Part shown: positions 1-8,886 of the stretch, piece by piece
How the letters are laid out: the number at the start of each line of letters is the position of its first letter
How positions within the stretch are numbered: the stretch's first letter is position 1
NCBI GenBank assembly: GCA_965231925.1
Contig: OZ246894.1
Span: 2,491,384-2,555,383, forward strand
Source of the DNA: Acidimicrobiales bacterium
Lineage (GTDB): Bacteria; Actinomycetota; Acidimicrobiia; Acidimicrobiales; Poriferisodalaceae
Direction of reading: 5' to 3'
DNA: 64,000 nt
The notes under the pieces: model-generated
Database searches by the model: none
Told to the model about the DNA's origin: nothing
Seen by the model: the letters and a program-made list of their open reading frames with translations, nothing else
Translations under genes and position numbers: made by a program

Positions 1-5
1 CGAGA

Positions 6-60
6 GTTGCCTGCTCGGTAGGCGGCCGCCACCCGGTCGACTGTCTGCTGAGCAGGCAAC
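6..60. repeat. Perfect 11-bp inverted repeat GTTGCCTGCTC (6-16) / GAGCAGGCAAC (50-60). The 33-nt spacer contains the GGCGGCCGCC and GTCGAC palindromes. It lies just 3' of the minus-strand SBP gene.
   Basis: Read directly from the sequence. No U/T tract follows on either strand. Confidence 0.4.
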
Positions 61-102
61 CCGTCGGGAAAGTTATGCGATGTGGCCCGGTACAGGCTGC
101 GA

Positions 103-1488
103 TCAGCCGCCCAGCAGGAAGTCGAGTTCGCTGAAGTCGAGTTGGACGAAGCCATCGGGGCTGGTGAGCTGGCCATCGTCGACCACCACCATCAGCGGGG
201 ACTGGTTGCAGGCACCGGCCCATACCGACGGTCCGGGGCATGAGACATCGGGAAAGCCCGGAATCTCCGTGCTCGAGTAGGTCGACAGCGCTGCCATCAC
301 CGACTCGCGGGTGGCCTCCGCAAGACCCGCCGCCGTCAGCACGTCTCGGGCCGCGTAGATGTTGGCCAATGACCAGCCCGCGAGACCGGCAGTCTGCGAG
401 TCGTCGTCGCCATAGGTCTCGAGCACATGAACAATCAGGTCGACTTCGTCACCTCCGTCGACGGTCGGCGCCGCGGAGACGACGGGACCTGCCCAGCCAT
501 TGAGCGCACCCGATTCGATGACGTCCTGGGCCATGCATAGATCGTTCGCATACGTGCTGCCCTCGTAGCCGACCGTGGCAACGGCCGAGGCTGATGCTCC
601 GCACTGCGCGCCGTCGGCAAGCACGAAGAGCCACGCGTCGTTGTCGAGATTGGCCGCGCTCACCGGACCCGTCAAATCCGGCTCGAATCCCAGCGGAACG
701 ACTTCGTTGATGAGCATGCCATTGGACTCAGCGATGGCTTGCAACGCCGGAATGAAGGGCTCAAAACCTGGATCGTCGGCGATGAACAACGTGGCGGTGA
801 CATCACCCCGGACTTCAGTCGCATACACGAAGAACACCTGCGCCAGGCCCGGCAGTCCCGGATCCAGCGTGAACACACCCGGAATCAGGTAGTCCAAGAA
901 GTCGTTGCCCAGCGTCAGCGTGGGCACTCCGGCCTCGGCGAAGAGGGATGCTGCCGCCGCTGAGTTGGCGAGGAACCCCGCCGTGATCACAAGGTGGATG
1001 TCGTCGGCGTTGATGAACTCCTGCGCGCAGGCCACGTGAGACTCCGGGGCGTCACCTGCGCCGCAAACGACTAGTTCGATCGGATGACCCCCAGCACCGG
1101 CGAGTTCGGCATTGAAGTAGTCGACGAAGGCTTGGCTGACCGACCGGACTTCGGGAAAGGCCAGCAGTTCCTCATCTTGGGCGATGAGACCGATCTTGAC
1201 CGCGGGCAGCGAGTCATCGGCAGCATGGCCCATGTCGTCCATGTCGTCAGCCATGTCGTCGTCAGCCATGTCGTCGTCGCTGGCCATGTCGTCATCGACC
1301 ATGTCGTCATCGCTGGCCATGTCATCGGCCGCATCGTCGGGAGCTGCGGTGGGCTCCTCGGTGGCTGGCTCACCAGCATCACCAGTCGAGCCTGCGTCGT
1401 CGCCATCGTCGCTGCACGCCGCAGCGATCAAGGCAAATGCGAATGTCAGCGTCAGCAAGCGCAGCCAGCGCGTTGAACGAGTAGTCAT
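103..1488 (-). CDS. ABC transporter substrate-binding lipoprotein, Leu/Ile/Val-binding (type 1 PBP) family
   Basis: ORF 103..1506. ATG at 1488 is preceded by GGAGGGGG. Signal peptide MTTRSTRWLRLLTLTFAFALIAAAC has a lipobox Cys. An acidic D/M-rich linker is followed by a PBP1-like body (KIGLIAQDEE...). Confidence 0.7.
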   Translation of the reverse strand: MTTRSTRWLRLLTLTFAFALIAAACSDDGDDAGSTGDAGEPATEEPTAAPDDAADDMASDDDMVDDDMASDDDMADDDMADDMDDMGHAADDSLPAVKIGLIAQDEELLAFPEVRSVSQAFVDYFNAELAGAGGHPIELVVCGAGDAPESHVACAQEFINADDIHLVITAGFLANSAAAASLFAEAGVPTLTLGNDFLDYLIPGVFTLDPGLPGLAQVFFVYATEVRGDVTATLFIADDPGFEPFIPALQAIAESNGMLINEVVPLGFEPDLTGPVSAANLDNDAWLFVLADGAQCGASASAVATVGYEGSTYANDLCMAQDVIESGALNGWAGPVVSAAPTVDGGDEVDLIVHVLETYGDDDSQTAGLAGWSLANIYAARDVLTAAGLAEATRESVMAALSTYSSTEIPGFPDVSCPGPSVWAGACNQSPLMVVVDDGQLTSPDGFVQLDFSELDFLLGG

Positions 1489-1629
1489 GTGATCGGCCCC
1501 CTCCACGATGCCCGGGCACCAGCCGAGGCTGCCGCGACACTAATGGCGATGTGACTAACCGACAAGTGAATCGCTTGCCAACCCGCTCATTTGCCACTGA
1601 ATCCCCGGCAGATTGCCCGGTTTGCAGGA

Positions 1630-2586
1630 TCAGGTCATGGGTCTGGGGCCGAACTGTTCCTTGGCAATCCGCAGGTAGGGCATGGTGTCGACAGACCCAA
1701 TGCCCGGTACCGAACGCAACCGGTCCAAGACGTCTGCGAGGTGATCACGGTCGTCATACCAGACCTCAGCGAGCACATCGAATCGCCCCAGTGTGCGCGC
1801 GACGACGGTCGATTCGGCCAAGCCCGCCATGGCCTCGGCCGCCCGGCCGACCGGCCCTGCGGCCTTCACCGCGATGCCAGAAAACCCGCCGATACCCATC
1901 GCCTCGGGCACCGGGTGTGCTTCGATCCGGATGACGTTGCCCTCGATGAGATCGATCACCCGGTCGCGCACGGCCGCCTGGGAGAGCCCGACTATCGGCG
2001 CCAACGCCGCGTACGTCGCCCTGCCGTCAGCGATGAGTTCACCGAGCAAGGCACGATCCACGTCGTCGAGATCGTCGGCTGAACGTACGGGAGCGCCTGT
2101 GCGCCGAACCGCGGCCCGGTCGCCGATGCCCGTCCAGTCCTGCTTCTCGTAGTGCAGCACGGTGGACGACTGCAGGCGACGAACCCCGTCGATGCCACGC
2201 ACGCGGTCCAGCGTCTCCACCAGGCGGCGTTCATCGGTACACCGCAGTTCCACGAGCAGGTCGAACCGACCCGAGCTGACGACAGCGAAGACCGCCTCGT
2301 CGATCTCGGCGATACACGCTGCCACCTTGTCAACCTCGCCCGACACCTCCAAGAAGGCGAAGGCGAACACCCCGAGACCGAACGTGGCGGGGTCGACCCG
2401 CCCGGTAACGATCACCAGCCGTTCTTCCAGCAGCCGTTGGACTCGAGCCCTCACGGCCGCCTGGGACAGCCCCACGATCGGCGCGAGCGTGGCGTAGGTG
2501 GCGCGACCGTCGGCGACCAGCGCGCTGATGAGATCGCGATCGATGCCGTCGAGTGCGGCTGGGCAGGGCTGGGCTGGTTTGTTCAT
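1630..2586 (-). CDS. Lrp/AsnC-family transcriptional regulator with two complete tandem Lrp/AsnC modules
   Basis: Two internal copies of the HTH plus effector-domain pattern: LDGIDRDLISALVADGRATYATLAPIVGLSQAAVRARV... and LDDVDRALLGELIADGRATYAALAPIVGLSQAAVRDRV... The start overlaps the upstream SDR stop as ATGA (2583-2586). Confidence 0.8.
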   Translation of the reverse strand: MNKPAQPCPAALDGIDRDLISALVADGRATYATLAPIVGLSQAAVRARVQRLLEERLVIVTGRVDPATFGLGVFAFAFLEVSGEVDKVAACIAEIDEAVFAVVSSGRFDLLVELRCTDERRLVETLDRVRGIDGVRRLQSSTVLHYEKQDWTGIGDRAAVRRTGAPVRSADDLDDVDRALLGELIADGRATYAALAPIVGLSQAAVRDRVIDLIEGNVIRIEAHPVPEAMGIGGFSGIAVKAAGPVGRAAEAMAGLAESTVVARTLGRFDVLAEVWYDDRDHLADVLDRLRSVPGIGSVDTMPYLRIAKEQFGPRPMT

Positions 2587-3413
2587 GCCGCCCCAGGTCT
2601 GGATTCGTCGGCTGGCCCCGTGGCGCCGGAGGTCTGCTCGGGTCTTTCCGCCGACAGGTGCTGCATCACCTCAGCGCTGTAGCCGACGGAGATCCCGTCG
2701 TGAGCGCCGACCAGCGATCCGGTCATCGGTGCGCTAGCTCGGCTCGCCAGAAATTGGAACACAGGTCCCATCTCGGTCGCCGTGCGGAAGACGCCGTTGG
2801 CTGTCATCCGGCGGATGATCTCCACAGCACCGGTCGAAGCGGCGTCCATCTCGCTCTCGACAATGCCGGGCAGCACCGCGTTCACCCTGATCTGGCGAGG
2901 GCCGAGCTCGAGTGCCCACGTTCGCACCAGCATGTCTAGTGCCGCTTTCGATGCCGAGTAGGCAGCCATGCCGGGGGTCGTGATCGAGCCCGCCGGAGAA
3001 CTGGTCACGATCACCGACCCACCGGCAGACATCGCGCCGACGCCGCAGGACATCGCACGCACCAGCCCCAATGTGTTGATATCGAAAACCCGTTCGAACG
3101 TCGCCAGGTCGAGGTCGCCGATCTCGCCGTGGTCGAGGTCGATGCCGGCGTTCAGCACCAGACAGTCGATACGTGGTGTATGTGCGGTGACGACCTCGAA
3201 GCCGTGAGCCACCGATGCCGCATCGCCCACATCCATCTGCACGAACGTCATGCCAGCTCCGGCTGCTTCCTGGGAGGAATCACGCCGGCCGGCAATGGTC
3301 ACCGACGCGCCGGCCTCGGCCAAGTGCACCGCCACCGCCCAACCGATGCCCGTCGTTCCGCCGACGATCACGATGCGGTGATCAGCGACCGAGAACACGT
3401 CCGCCGCTGTCAT
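2583..3413 (-). CDS. Short-chain dehydrogenase/reductase (SDR) family oxidoreductase
   Basis: Start chosen at internal ATG 3413 (MTAADVF...), just before the Rossmann motif VIVGGTTGIGWAVA. YSASK catalytic motif is present. The ORF extends to 3506, but that extension runs into the AT-rich intergenic region. Confidence 0.75.
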   Translation of the reverse strand: MTAADVFSVADHRIVIVGGTTGIGWAVAVHLAEAGASVTIAGRRDSSQEAAGAGMTFVQMDVGDAASVAHGFEVVTAHTPRIDCLVLNAGIDLDHGEIGDLDLATFERVFDINTLGLVRAMSCGVGAMSAGGSVIVTSSPAGSITTPGMAAYSASKAALDMLVRTWALELGPRQIRVNAVLPGIVESEMDAASTGAVEIIRRMTANGVFRTATEMGPVFQFLASRASAPMTGSLVGAHDGISVGYSAEVMQHLSAERPEQTSGATGPADESRPGAA

Positions 3414-3510
3414 GCCGGGTGACCGTAGCAGTCGCGCGCCAGATGCCAGTTGGGATTTTGGATTCTGGACCAGGTTGCGCGGTAGCAGTTGATTTCTGAG
3501 CACCAAAGGG

Positions 3511-3558
3511 CAATGATCAATGATTCACTCGTTGAATTGCAGAATTGCCTGTGAATCA
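3511..3558. promoter_or_regulatory. Repeat cluster in the AT-rich divergent region between the SDR-Lrp operon and the E1/E2 operon
   Basis: Tandem CAATGAT x2 (3511-3524). Inverted repeat TGATTCAC (3521-3528) / GTGAATCA (3551-3558). Direct GAATTGC x2 (3534-3540, 3542-3548). GC content is visibly lower than the flanks. Confidence 0.4.
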
Positions 3559-3630
3559 CGTTGTGCGCTGTACGCCCCCCCCAGGCATGCGCCGCGTGCA
3601 CCGGCGACCAGTCGAAACACAGGAGCGGTA

Positions 3631-5709
3631 GTGCGTCAGATTCTCGATCCCGACGGCGAACTTGTCGATGTTGCCCCCGACCTCGACGACGACCAGATGG
3701 TCGACTTGTTCCACAAGGTGCTCACGGCACGGATCGTCGACGAGAAGCTTCTCAACCTGCAACGGCAAGGCCGCATGGCCGCCTACTACCAGTCGAGCGG
3801 GCAGGAAGCCGCTGCGGGCGCCGCGCTGGCGCTGCGACCCACCGATTGGATCTTCACCGCCTACCGCGAGCTGCCGCTGTGGATCGGCCGGGGCATGGAC
3901 CTCACCAGTGTGGTCGGCTTCTGGCTGGGCATCCCTGACGACGACGACCTGTGGGATGTGCACGGCGATCGGATCACCCGTCTGAACGCCACGATCGGTA
4001 CCCACCTGCCTCACGCAGTGGGCTTCAGCTACGCGAGTGCGCTGCGGGGCGCCGACATGGTGACCATGGCGGTCTTCGGCGACGGCGCCACGTCGGAGTC
4101 CGACTTCAACGCTGCGATGAACTTCGCCGGGGTGTGGAGGACACCGACGATCTTCCTATGCCAGAACAACCAGGTCGCCCAGTCCACAACGCTCGACAAG
4201 CAGACCGCCGCAGAAACCCTCGCCCAGAAGGCGCATGCCTACGGTTTCGAGGGCGTGCGGGTCGACGGCATGGATCCCTTGGCGATGCACCAAGCAGTGC
4301 TCGAGGCTCGCAAGCTGGCCGTCAGCGGGGGCGGGCCGACGTTCATCGAGATGTTCACCTACCGGTACGCACCACACTCCACCTATGACGGCACGCCGGT
4401 GTACCGGACACCCGAAGAAGAGGCAGTGTGGCGCGGACGTGACCCGATTGTGCGAATGCGCAGCTTTCTCGAACGCAAGGGATTGTGGGACAGCGCCCAC
4501 GAGGAGCACATGCGCACCGGCCTAGGCACCGAGCTTGAGTCGATCGTCGACCGGCTCGAGGGCCGTCAAGGTGTCGGCCGGGACTACTCGCCACGGCACT
4601 TGTTCGCTCAGATGCCTGAAGCACTGGTGGCACAACTGCACCGCGAGCAGGATGACCTCGGCGAACCGCGCACCGTCTTCGGGGATGGCGAGATCTGGGA
4701 CGTCGGACCCGAGCCGACACCTGCGGGGCCGACGCAGCGAGTGGACCTCACCGAAGCCCTGAACATGACCCTCAACGACGCGTTTGCGCGCGACGACACG
4801 CTCATTGCACTGGGCGAGGACGTCGGGCTCGAGGGCGGCATTTTCCGAGTGACCGAGCACATGGCGGAGCGTTTCGGCGACCGTCGGGTGATCGACACGC
4901 CGCTGTGCGAGACCGGAATCGTCGGCACCTCGGTCGGTATGGCGATGGGTGGCTTTCGGCCGGTGGCGGAGATGGAATTCGCTGGCTTTGTGTACCCCGC
5001 ATTCGACCAGGTCATCGGCCATGTCGGTCGCATCCGGTGGCGCTACCGGGGCCACATGACTGCTCCGATCGTGATCCGGATGCCGGTGGGTACCAACACG
5101 GGCGCCTATGAGTTCCACACCGATTCGCCGGAGAGCTACTTCACCCACGCACCCGGCTTGGTGGTGGTCTATCCCTCCACCCCCTACGACGCGAAGGGAT
5201 TGCTTGAGACTGCACTGGCAAGCCCCGACCCGGTCATGTTCTTCGAACCGATCGCCCTCTACCGCGGGCTTCACGAAGAGGTTCCGGTGGAGCCCTACTC
5301 AATTCCGTTCGGCCGTGCAGCAGTGCGCCGCGAGGGCACCGATGTGACTGTCGTATCGTTCGGGCCGCCGCAGCACGAAGCCTGCAAGGCCGCTGCGATG
5401 CTCGATGCCGAGGGCGTCTCGGCCGAGGTCATCGACCTGCGGACGCTCTACCCGTGGGATACCGGGACCGTGCTCGACAGCATCGCCAAGACGGGACGCG
5501 TCGTAGTCGCGCACGAGGATCACACGAGCGGTGGTGTCGGCGCCGAGATTCTGGCCACTATTGCCGAACAGGCCGCCTATTCGCTCGAGACCCCACCGGT
5601 GCGGGTGGCCCACATGGACGTCTTCTGGGGTCCGACGCAGTTAGAGAAGTTCTCGTCGATTACTGCTGAGCGCATAGCTGCGGGCATTCGCCGCGCGATG
5701 GCGGGATGA
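3631..5709 (+). CDS. 2-oxoacid (branched-chain/pyruvate-type) dehydrogenase E1 component, with alpha and beta subunits fused
   Basis: GTG 3631 sits 5 nt after AGGAG (3621-3625). The N-terminal half has the TPP motif GDGATSESDFNAAMNFAGVWRTPTIFLCQNN. The C-terminal half is E1-beta-like (ALNMTLNDAF...LGEDVG..GGIFRVT...DTPLCE.GIVG). Confidence 0.85.
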   Translation: MRQILDPDGELVDVAPDLDDDQMVDLFHKVLTARIVDEKLLNLQRQGRMAAYYQSSGQEAAAGAALALRPTDWIFTAYRELPLWIGRGMDLTSVVGFWLGIPDDDDLWDVHGDRITRLNATIGTHLPHAVGFSYASALRGADMVTMAVFGDGATSESDFNAAMNFAGVWRTPTIFLCQNNQVAQSTTLDKQTAAETLAQKAHAYGFEGVRVDGMDPLAMHQAVLEARKLAVSGGGPTFIEMFTYRYAPHSTYDGTPVYRTPEEEAVWRGRDPIVRMRSFLERKGLWDSAHEEHMRTGLGTELESIVDRLEGRQGVGRDYSPRHLFAQMPEALVAQLHREQDDLGEPRTVFGDGEIWDVGPEPTPAGPTQRVDLTEALNMTLNDAFARDDTLIALGEDVGLEGGIFRVTEHMAERFGDRRVIDTPLCETGIVGTSVGMAMGGFRPVAEMEFAGFVYPAFDQVIGHVGRIRWRYRGHMTAPIVIRMPVGTNTGAYEFHTDSPESYFTHAPGLVVVYPSTPYDAKGLLETALASPDPVMFFEPIALYRGLHEEVPVEPYSIPFGRAAVRREGTDVTVVSFGPPQHEACKAAAMLDAEGVSAEVIDLRTLYPWDTGTVLDSIAKTGRVVVAHEDHTSGGVGAEILATIAEQAAYSLETPPVRVAHMDVFWGPTQLEKFSSITAERIAAGIRRAMAG

Positions 5710-5738
5710 GCGTGGGCGCAGGGTGACAGGAGCGCCGC

Positions 5739-7139
5739 GTGGCTGAAATCTTCCATCTGCCCAAGATCGGCGACGCCATGGCAGAAGCCGAGATCGTCGA
5801 ATGGTACGTGGCGGTCGGCGATGATGTCGAGCTGGATCAAGTGATCTGCTCGGTCGAGACCGACAAGTCGGTGGTCGAGCTGTCAAGCCCCTACCGCGGC
5901 ACGATGCTTGCAGTGGGCGGAGAGCCCGGCGACATCATTGCGGTAGGCGAACCGCTGTTTGCGGTGGGCTCTGCGGGTGAGGCCGTACCGGGTGACGTGA
6001 TGGCAGAGGGTTCAACGGCTGTGGCTGTTGCCCGAGTCGCAGGGGCGGCGGGGTCAGCGGTGGTTGGGAGCACCGCTACTGCGGCGGGACCGACGACCGG
6101 CACCATCAAGGTGGCAGGAGTCGTGGTATCTCCGCTGGTGCGACGACTGGCTGCGGATAACGGCGTGGACGTGACGAACGTGGCCGGCTCGGGTGTCGGC
6201 GGCCGGGTGACTCGCGCCGATGTGCTGCGTGCTATCGAAGCCGCGCGCGTCCACGGGGATTCTCGCGGCACGCTGGGCACAAACACCCGCTGCACCGCGG
6301 AGGCCGTACGGGCAATGCCGAAGGTGCGCAAAGCGGCGCGCGAAGCAGGCATCGACCTCGCTGAGGTTGCGGGCACGGGGCCTCGGGATTCGGTCACGCT
6401 CACGGACCTCGAGAGGGCGAGCCACCGGCCGAGAGAGCGTCGCGAGCGCTTGAGCGCGGTACGACGGTCGATCGCTGCCCACCTCAGTGTGTCGGCTCGA
6501 ACGATTCCGCAGTTCACGGCGATGGTGAATGTGGATGCCGGCGCGCTCTTGGCGACCCGGGCGGCGCTGCGTGAGCGCTTGGCAGCACCGGTGCCTGTCG
6601 ACGCCGTGTTGATGGCTTTGATGATCCCGGTGCTGCGTGATCACCCGATCGTCAACGCTCGTCTCGATTCAGGCGAACTGGGTGCGCCAAACTTGACAAG
6701 CGCGGAAGTCGTCTACTTCGACAGCTACGACATCGGTGTCGCCACCGACACCCCCGATGGTCTCATGGTGCCGGTGGTGCACGACGCGGATCAGCTCAGC
6801 GTGGCCGAGCTCGCCGGCGAGATCACTCGTTTGGTCCAAGCAGCCAGAGATCGGACGATCCGGCCTGATGAATTCAGCGGTGCGACGTGCACCATCAACA
6901 ACGTCGGCGCGGTGGGCATCGAAGCCGGCACGCCGATGCTGCCGCTGGGAACGAGCACGATTGTGGCGTTCGGAGCGGTCCGACAGGCGGTGCAGCTCCG
7001 CAACGGCAACCCCGTTGAGATTCCCACGATGACGATCTCAGCGACGTTCGACCATCGCCTCATCGACGGCGGCACCAGCGGTCGCTTCCTCTCGCAACTG
7101 AAACAGCATCTCGAGGTGCCCGTACTCGGCTTCCTGTAG
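5739..7139 (+). CDS. Dihydrolipoamide acyltransferase (E2) component
   Basis: Lipoyl domain with VETDKSVVEL. E3/E1-binding domain (VSPLVRRLAADNGVD). Catalytic domain with DHRLIDG. Confidence 0.9.
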   Translation: MAEIFHLPKIGDAMAEAEIVEWYVAVGDDVELDQVICSVETDKSVVELSSPYRGTMLAVGGEPGDIIAVGEPLFAVGSAGEAVPGDVMAEGSTAVAVARVAGAAGSAVVGSTATAAGPTTGTIKVAGVVVSPLVRRLAADNGVDVTNVAGSGVGGRVTRADVLRAIEAARVHGDSRGTLGTNTRCTAEAVRAMPKVRKAAREAGIDLAEVAGTGPRDSVTLTDLERASHRPRERRERLSAVRRSIAAHLSVSARTIPQFTAMVNVDAGALLATRAALRERLAAPVPVDAVLMALMIPVLRDHPIVNARLDSGELGAPNLTSAEVVYFDSYDIGVATDTPDGLMVPVVHDADQLSVAELAGEITRLVQAARDRTIRPDEFSGATCTINNVGAVGIEAGTPMLPLGTSTIVAFGAVRQAVQLRNGNPVEIPTMTISATFDHRLIDGGTSGRFLSQLKQHLEVPVLGFL

Positions 7140-7152
7140 GCGAGCAGCCAGC

Positions 7153-7590
7153 TCACGAGACGAATGGGTTCCTCGTCACGAGCTGAGGGAACGCAGCGAA
7201 ATCGCGATCGTTGGTCAGCAGGACATCGACACCATGGGCCAAGCAGATTGCGGCGATCTTGGCGTCGTGGATCTTTGAGCCGCGAATGTTCAGACCGAGC
7301 ACGATCTCCGACAGCGTGTCCATGAAGCCGGCCGTTTCGCCGATCTGGTGGCATGACGGCGATGCGGTCCAGGCTTCGAGCTGCCGCCATGCCTGCTCAG
7401 TCGTGCTCACCGTGTCGCCCCAAGCCCGCCGATTCGTGGCGACACCCAGAAACTCATAGCAGCAGGGCCAAGGGATTGCCCACGGCTCGGTGCCCTCGGC
7501 GAGTTCTTGCAAGAGAGCGAGCGCCCGTGGCCACTGCGGCGAGCTACGACGGTGGGCGTACACGAGGATGTTCGTGTCGACAGCGATCAT
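7153..7590 (-). CDS. vapC: PIN-domain toxin VapC (type II toxin-antitoxin)
   Basis: MIAVDTNILVYA... PIN signature and ...LLTNDRDF. ATG 7590 overlaps the vapB stop as ATGA (7587-7590). The ORF could also start at 7605. Confidence 0.85.
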   Translation of the reverse strand: MIAVDTNILVYAHRRSSPQWPRALALLQELAEGTEPWAIPWPCCYEFLGVATNRRAWGDTVSTTEQAWRQLEAWTASPSCHQIGETAGFMDTLSEIVLGLNIRGSKIHDAKIAAICLAHGVDVLLTNDRDFAAFPQLVTRNPFVS

Positions 7591-7853
7591 TCCGGCTTGG
7601 GCCATGGACGCTCGCTCATCTCGAGCATCTCGGCGAAGGTAAATTTCTCGAACGGGTTCGGCCCGTTCGGGTCCCCCACACTCATGTTCGGCAACTTGTA
7701 GCCAGTTGGCGGGGGTTTCTCCATCACCATGCGCAGGCCCTCTTCAATGACGGCTCGCAGCGTCTGACCCGTTTCCTTGGCGTGCCGCTTGGCCCGCTTC
7801 AGGAGCTCGTCGTGCACCTCGATCGTGGTCTTCACGTCACCCAGAGTACCCAT
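7587..7853 (-). CDS. vapB: VapB-type antitoxin
   Basis: Small ORF immediately upstream of vapC and overlapping it. The N-terminus TIEVHDELLKRAKRHAKETGQTLRAVIEEGL is typical of VapB/DUF2191-like antitoxins. Confidence 0.75.
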   Translation of the reverse strand: MGTLGDVKTTIEVHDELLKRAKRHAKETGQTLRAVIEEGLRMVMEKPPPTGYKLPNMSVGDPNGPNPFEKFTFAEMLEMSERPWPKPE

Positions 7854-7879
7854 ACCTAAGAATATGGGCGATATGGGTG
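7847..7879. promoter_or_regulatory. Candidate VapB operator
   Basis: TACCCATA (7847-7854, overlapping the vapB ATG) faces TATGGG (7863-7868) and TATGGGTG (7872-7879). Confidence 0.3.
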
Positions 7880-7944
7880 TCGTGCTTCAAGTCAATTTCG
7901 GCAATGACAGAATCACGCCGCCGCCTGGCTCCGCTCCGAGTCGA

Positions 7945-8340
7945 TCAGGAGTCCGACGCGGCGAGCGGGGCGCAATCGGAACTGCAGTTGGGATTGGTCG
8001 CCGGGGTGGCCGGCGTTGCGGGCCGATGCAGGACGCCTGAGGTCGGGCGCAGCTCCAGCTCGAGACCCTCGGCACCGTCGACGGTACGGGCCGCGGCGTC
8101 CATGATCATCGAGTAGCCGTCCGGTTCGTACGGCGGCCACAGCACCGAGATGTTCGGGCGCTGCGCAACGTTGGCCGCGGCCGACCGGCTGGCGCCGCAG
8201 CGCAGCACGTCGCCGTCGAGCCGCATGTCCAGGTGGGCGATATGCGGCGTGGCGTCGTCGCGCACCGTCAGCACGTACGCCGCGGTGCCAAACCGCTCCA
8301 TCTGGTTGCCGATATCAGCGGGCTCCACGGGGATGCTCAT
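7945..8340 (-). CDS. Pyridoxamine 5'-phosphate oxidase (PPOX)-family / flavin- or F420-binding split-barrel protein
   Basis: Start at ATG 8340 (MSIPVEP...). Pattern AAYVLTVRDDATPHIAHLDMRLDGDVLRCG...NVAQRPNISVLW resembles PPOX-class proteins. Confidence 0.5.
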   Translation of the reverse strand: MSIPVEPADIGNQMERFGTAAYVLTVRDDATPHIAHLDMRLDGDVLRCGASRSAAANVAQRPNISVLWPPYEPDGYSMIMDAAARTVDGAEGLELELRPTSGVLHRPATPATPATNPNCSSDCAPLAASDS

Positions 8341-8429
8341 AGGGCCGACGTTACGCCCGTGATGGCATCCCGCGCACCCAGCCGCCACTCTCAATTCCCA
8401 GCAGCGCGCTGGTATCGTCGTGGGGCCTC

Positions 8430-8502
8430 GGGGCTATAGCTCAGTTGGTAGAGCGCTTCCATGGCATGGAAGAGGTCAGGGGTTCAATTCCCCTTAGCTC
8501 CA
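8430..8502 (+). tRNA. tRNA-Ala, anticodon GGC
   Basis: Manual cloverleaf: acceptor GGGGCTA/TAGCTCC with the G3:U70 Ala identity pair; D arm GCTC-AGTTGGTA-GAGC; anticodon stem CTTCC/GGAAG with loop ATGGCAT; T arm AGGGG-TTCAATT-CCCCT; discriminator A. CCA is not encoded. Confidence 0.95.
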
Positions 8503-8535
8503 CAACATCACAGTGTCACGGGGTGTCTGGAAGTG

Positions 8536-8790
8536 TCAGCAGGCTTCTAAAGCCTCAGGCCAAAAGCCCTTGAGAGCGTCCACGGCCGGGACGGTGTTGC
8601 TGAACGGTTGAGCGTCTGCGTTGCGCATCATCGCGGTGCCCCACCCAGCAGGACTCATGTAGCGCGGACCGGTCCGGCAGTCCTGGATCCGGATCGCGTT
8701 GCCGACGAAGCGATGGCGGTGGTGGTCATCCAGGTAGACGAGTGGGACGATGGGTGACGGTTTGCCGTCGGGCCGCTTGGCAATGGACAT
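8536..8790 (-). CDS. Hypothetical protein (84 aa), divergent from abiEi
   Basis: The first ~45 codons have host-like G/C-ending codons. The last third shows weaker codon bias. I recognise no family. Confidence 0.35.
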   Translation of the reverse strand: MSIAKRPDGKPSPIVPLVYLDDHHRHRFVGNAIRIQDCRTGPRYMSPAGWGTAMMRNADAQPFSNTVPAVDALKGFWPEALEAC

Positions 8791-8795
8791 ACTGA

Positions 8796-8822
8796 GAAAC
8801 TTGCTTATATTGCAAGGTTTTC
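8796..8822. promoter_or_regulatory. Imperfect inverted repeat GAAACTTGC-TTATAT-TGCAAGGTTTTC in the AT-rich divergent promoter region; candidate AbiEi operator
   Basis: Read directly. It lies 65 nt upstream of the abiEi ATG. Confidence 0.35.
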
Positions 8823-8886
8823 AGTATCTCCATATGTGATGTCTGTGTAGAAGATGACGACGGAGTGCAAGAGAGGAGGGTTCGAC

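Noticed and set aside
6-60. The 11-bp inverted repeat as an intrinsic terminator for the SBP gene.
   Set aside because: The 33-nt loop and the absence of a U-tract make a canonical terminator unlikely. It is kept only as an inverted repeat of unknown role.
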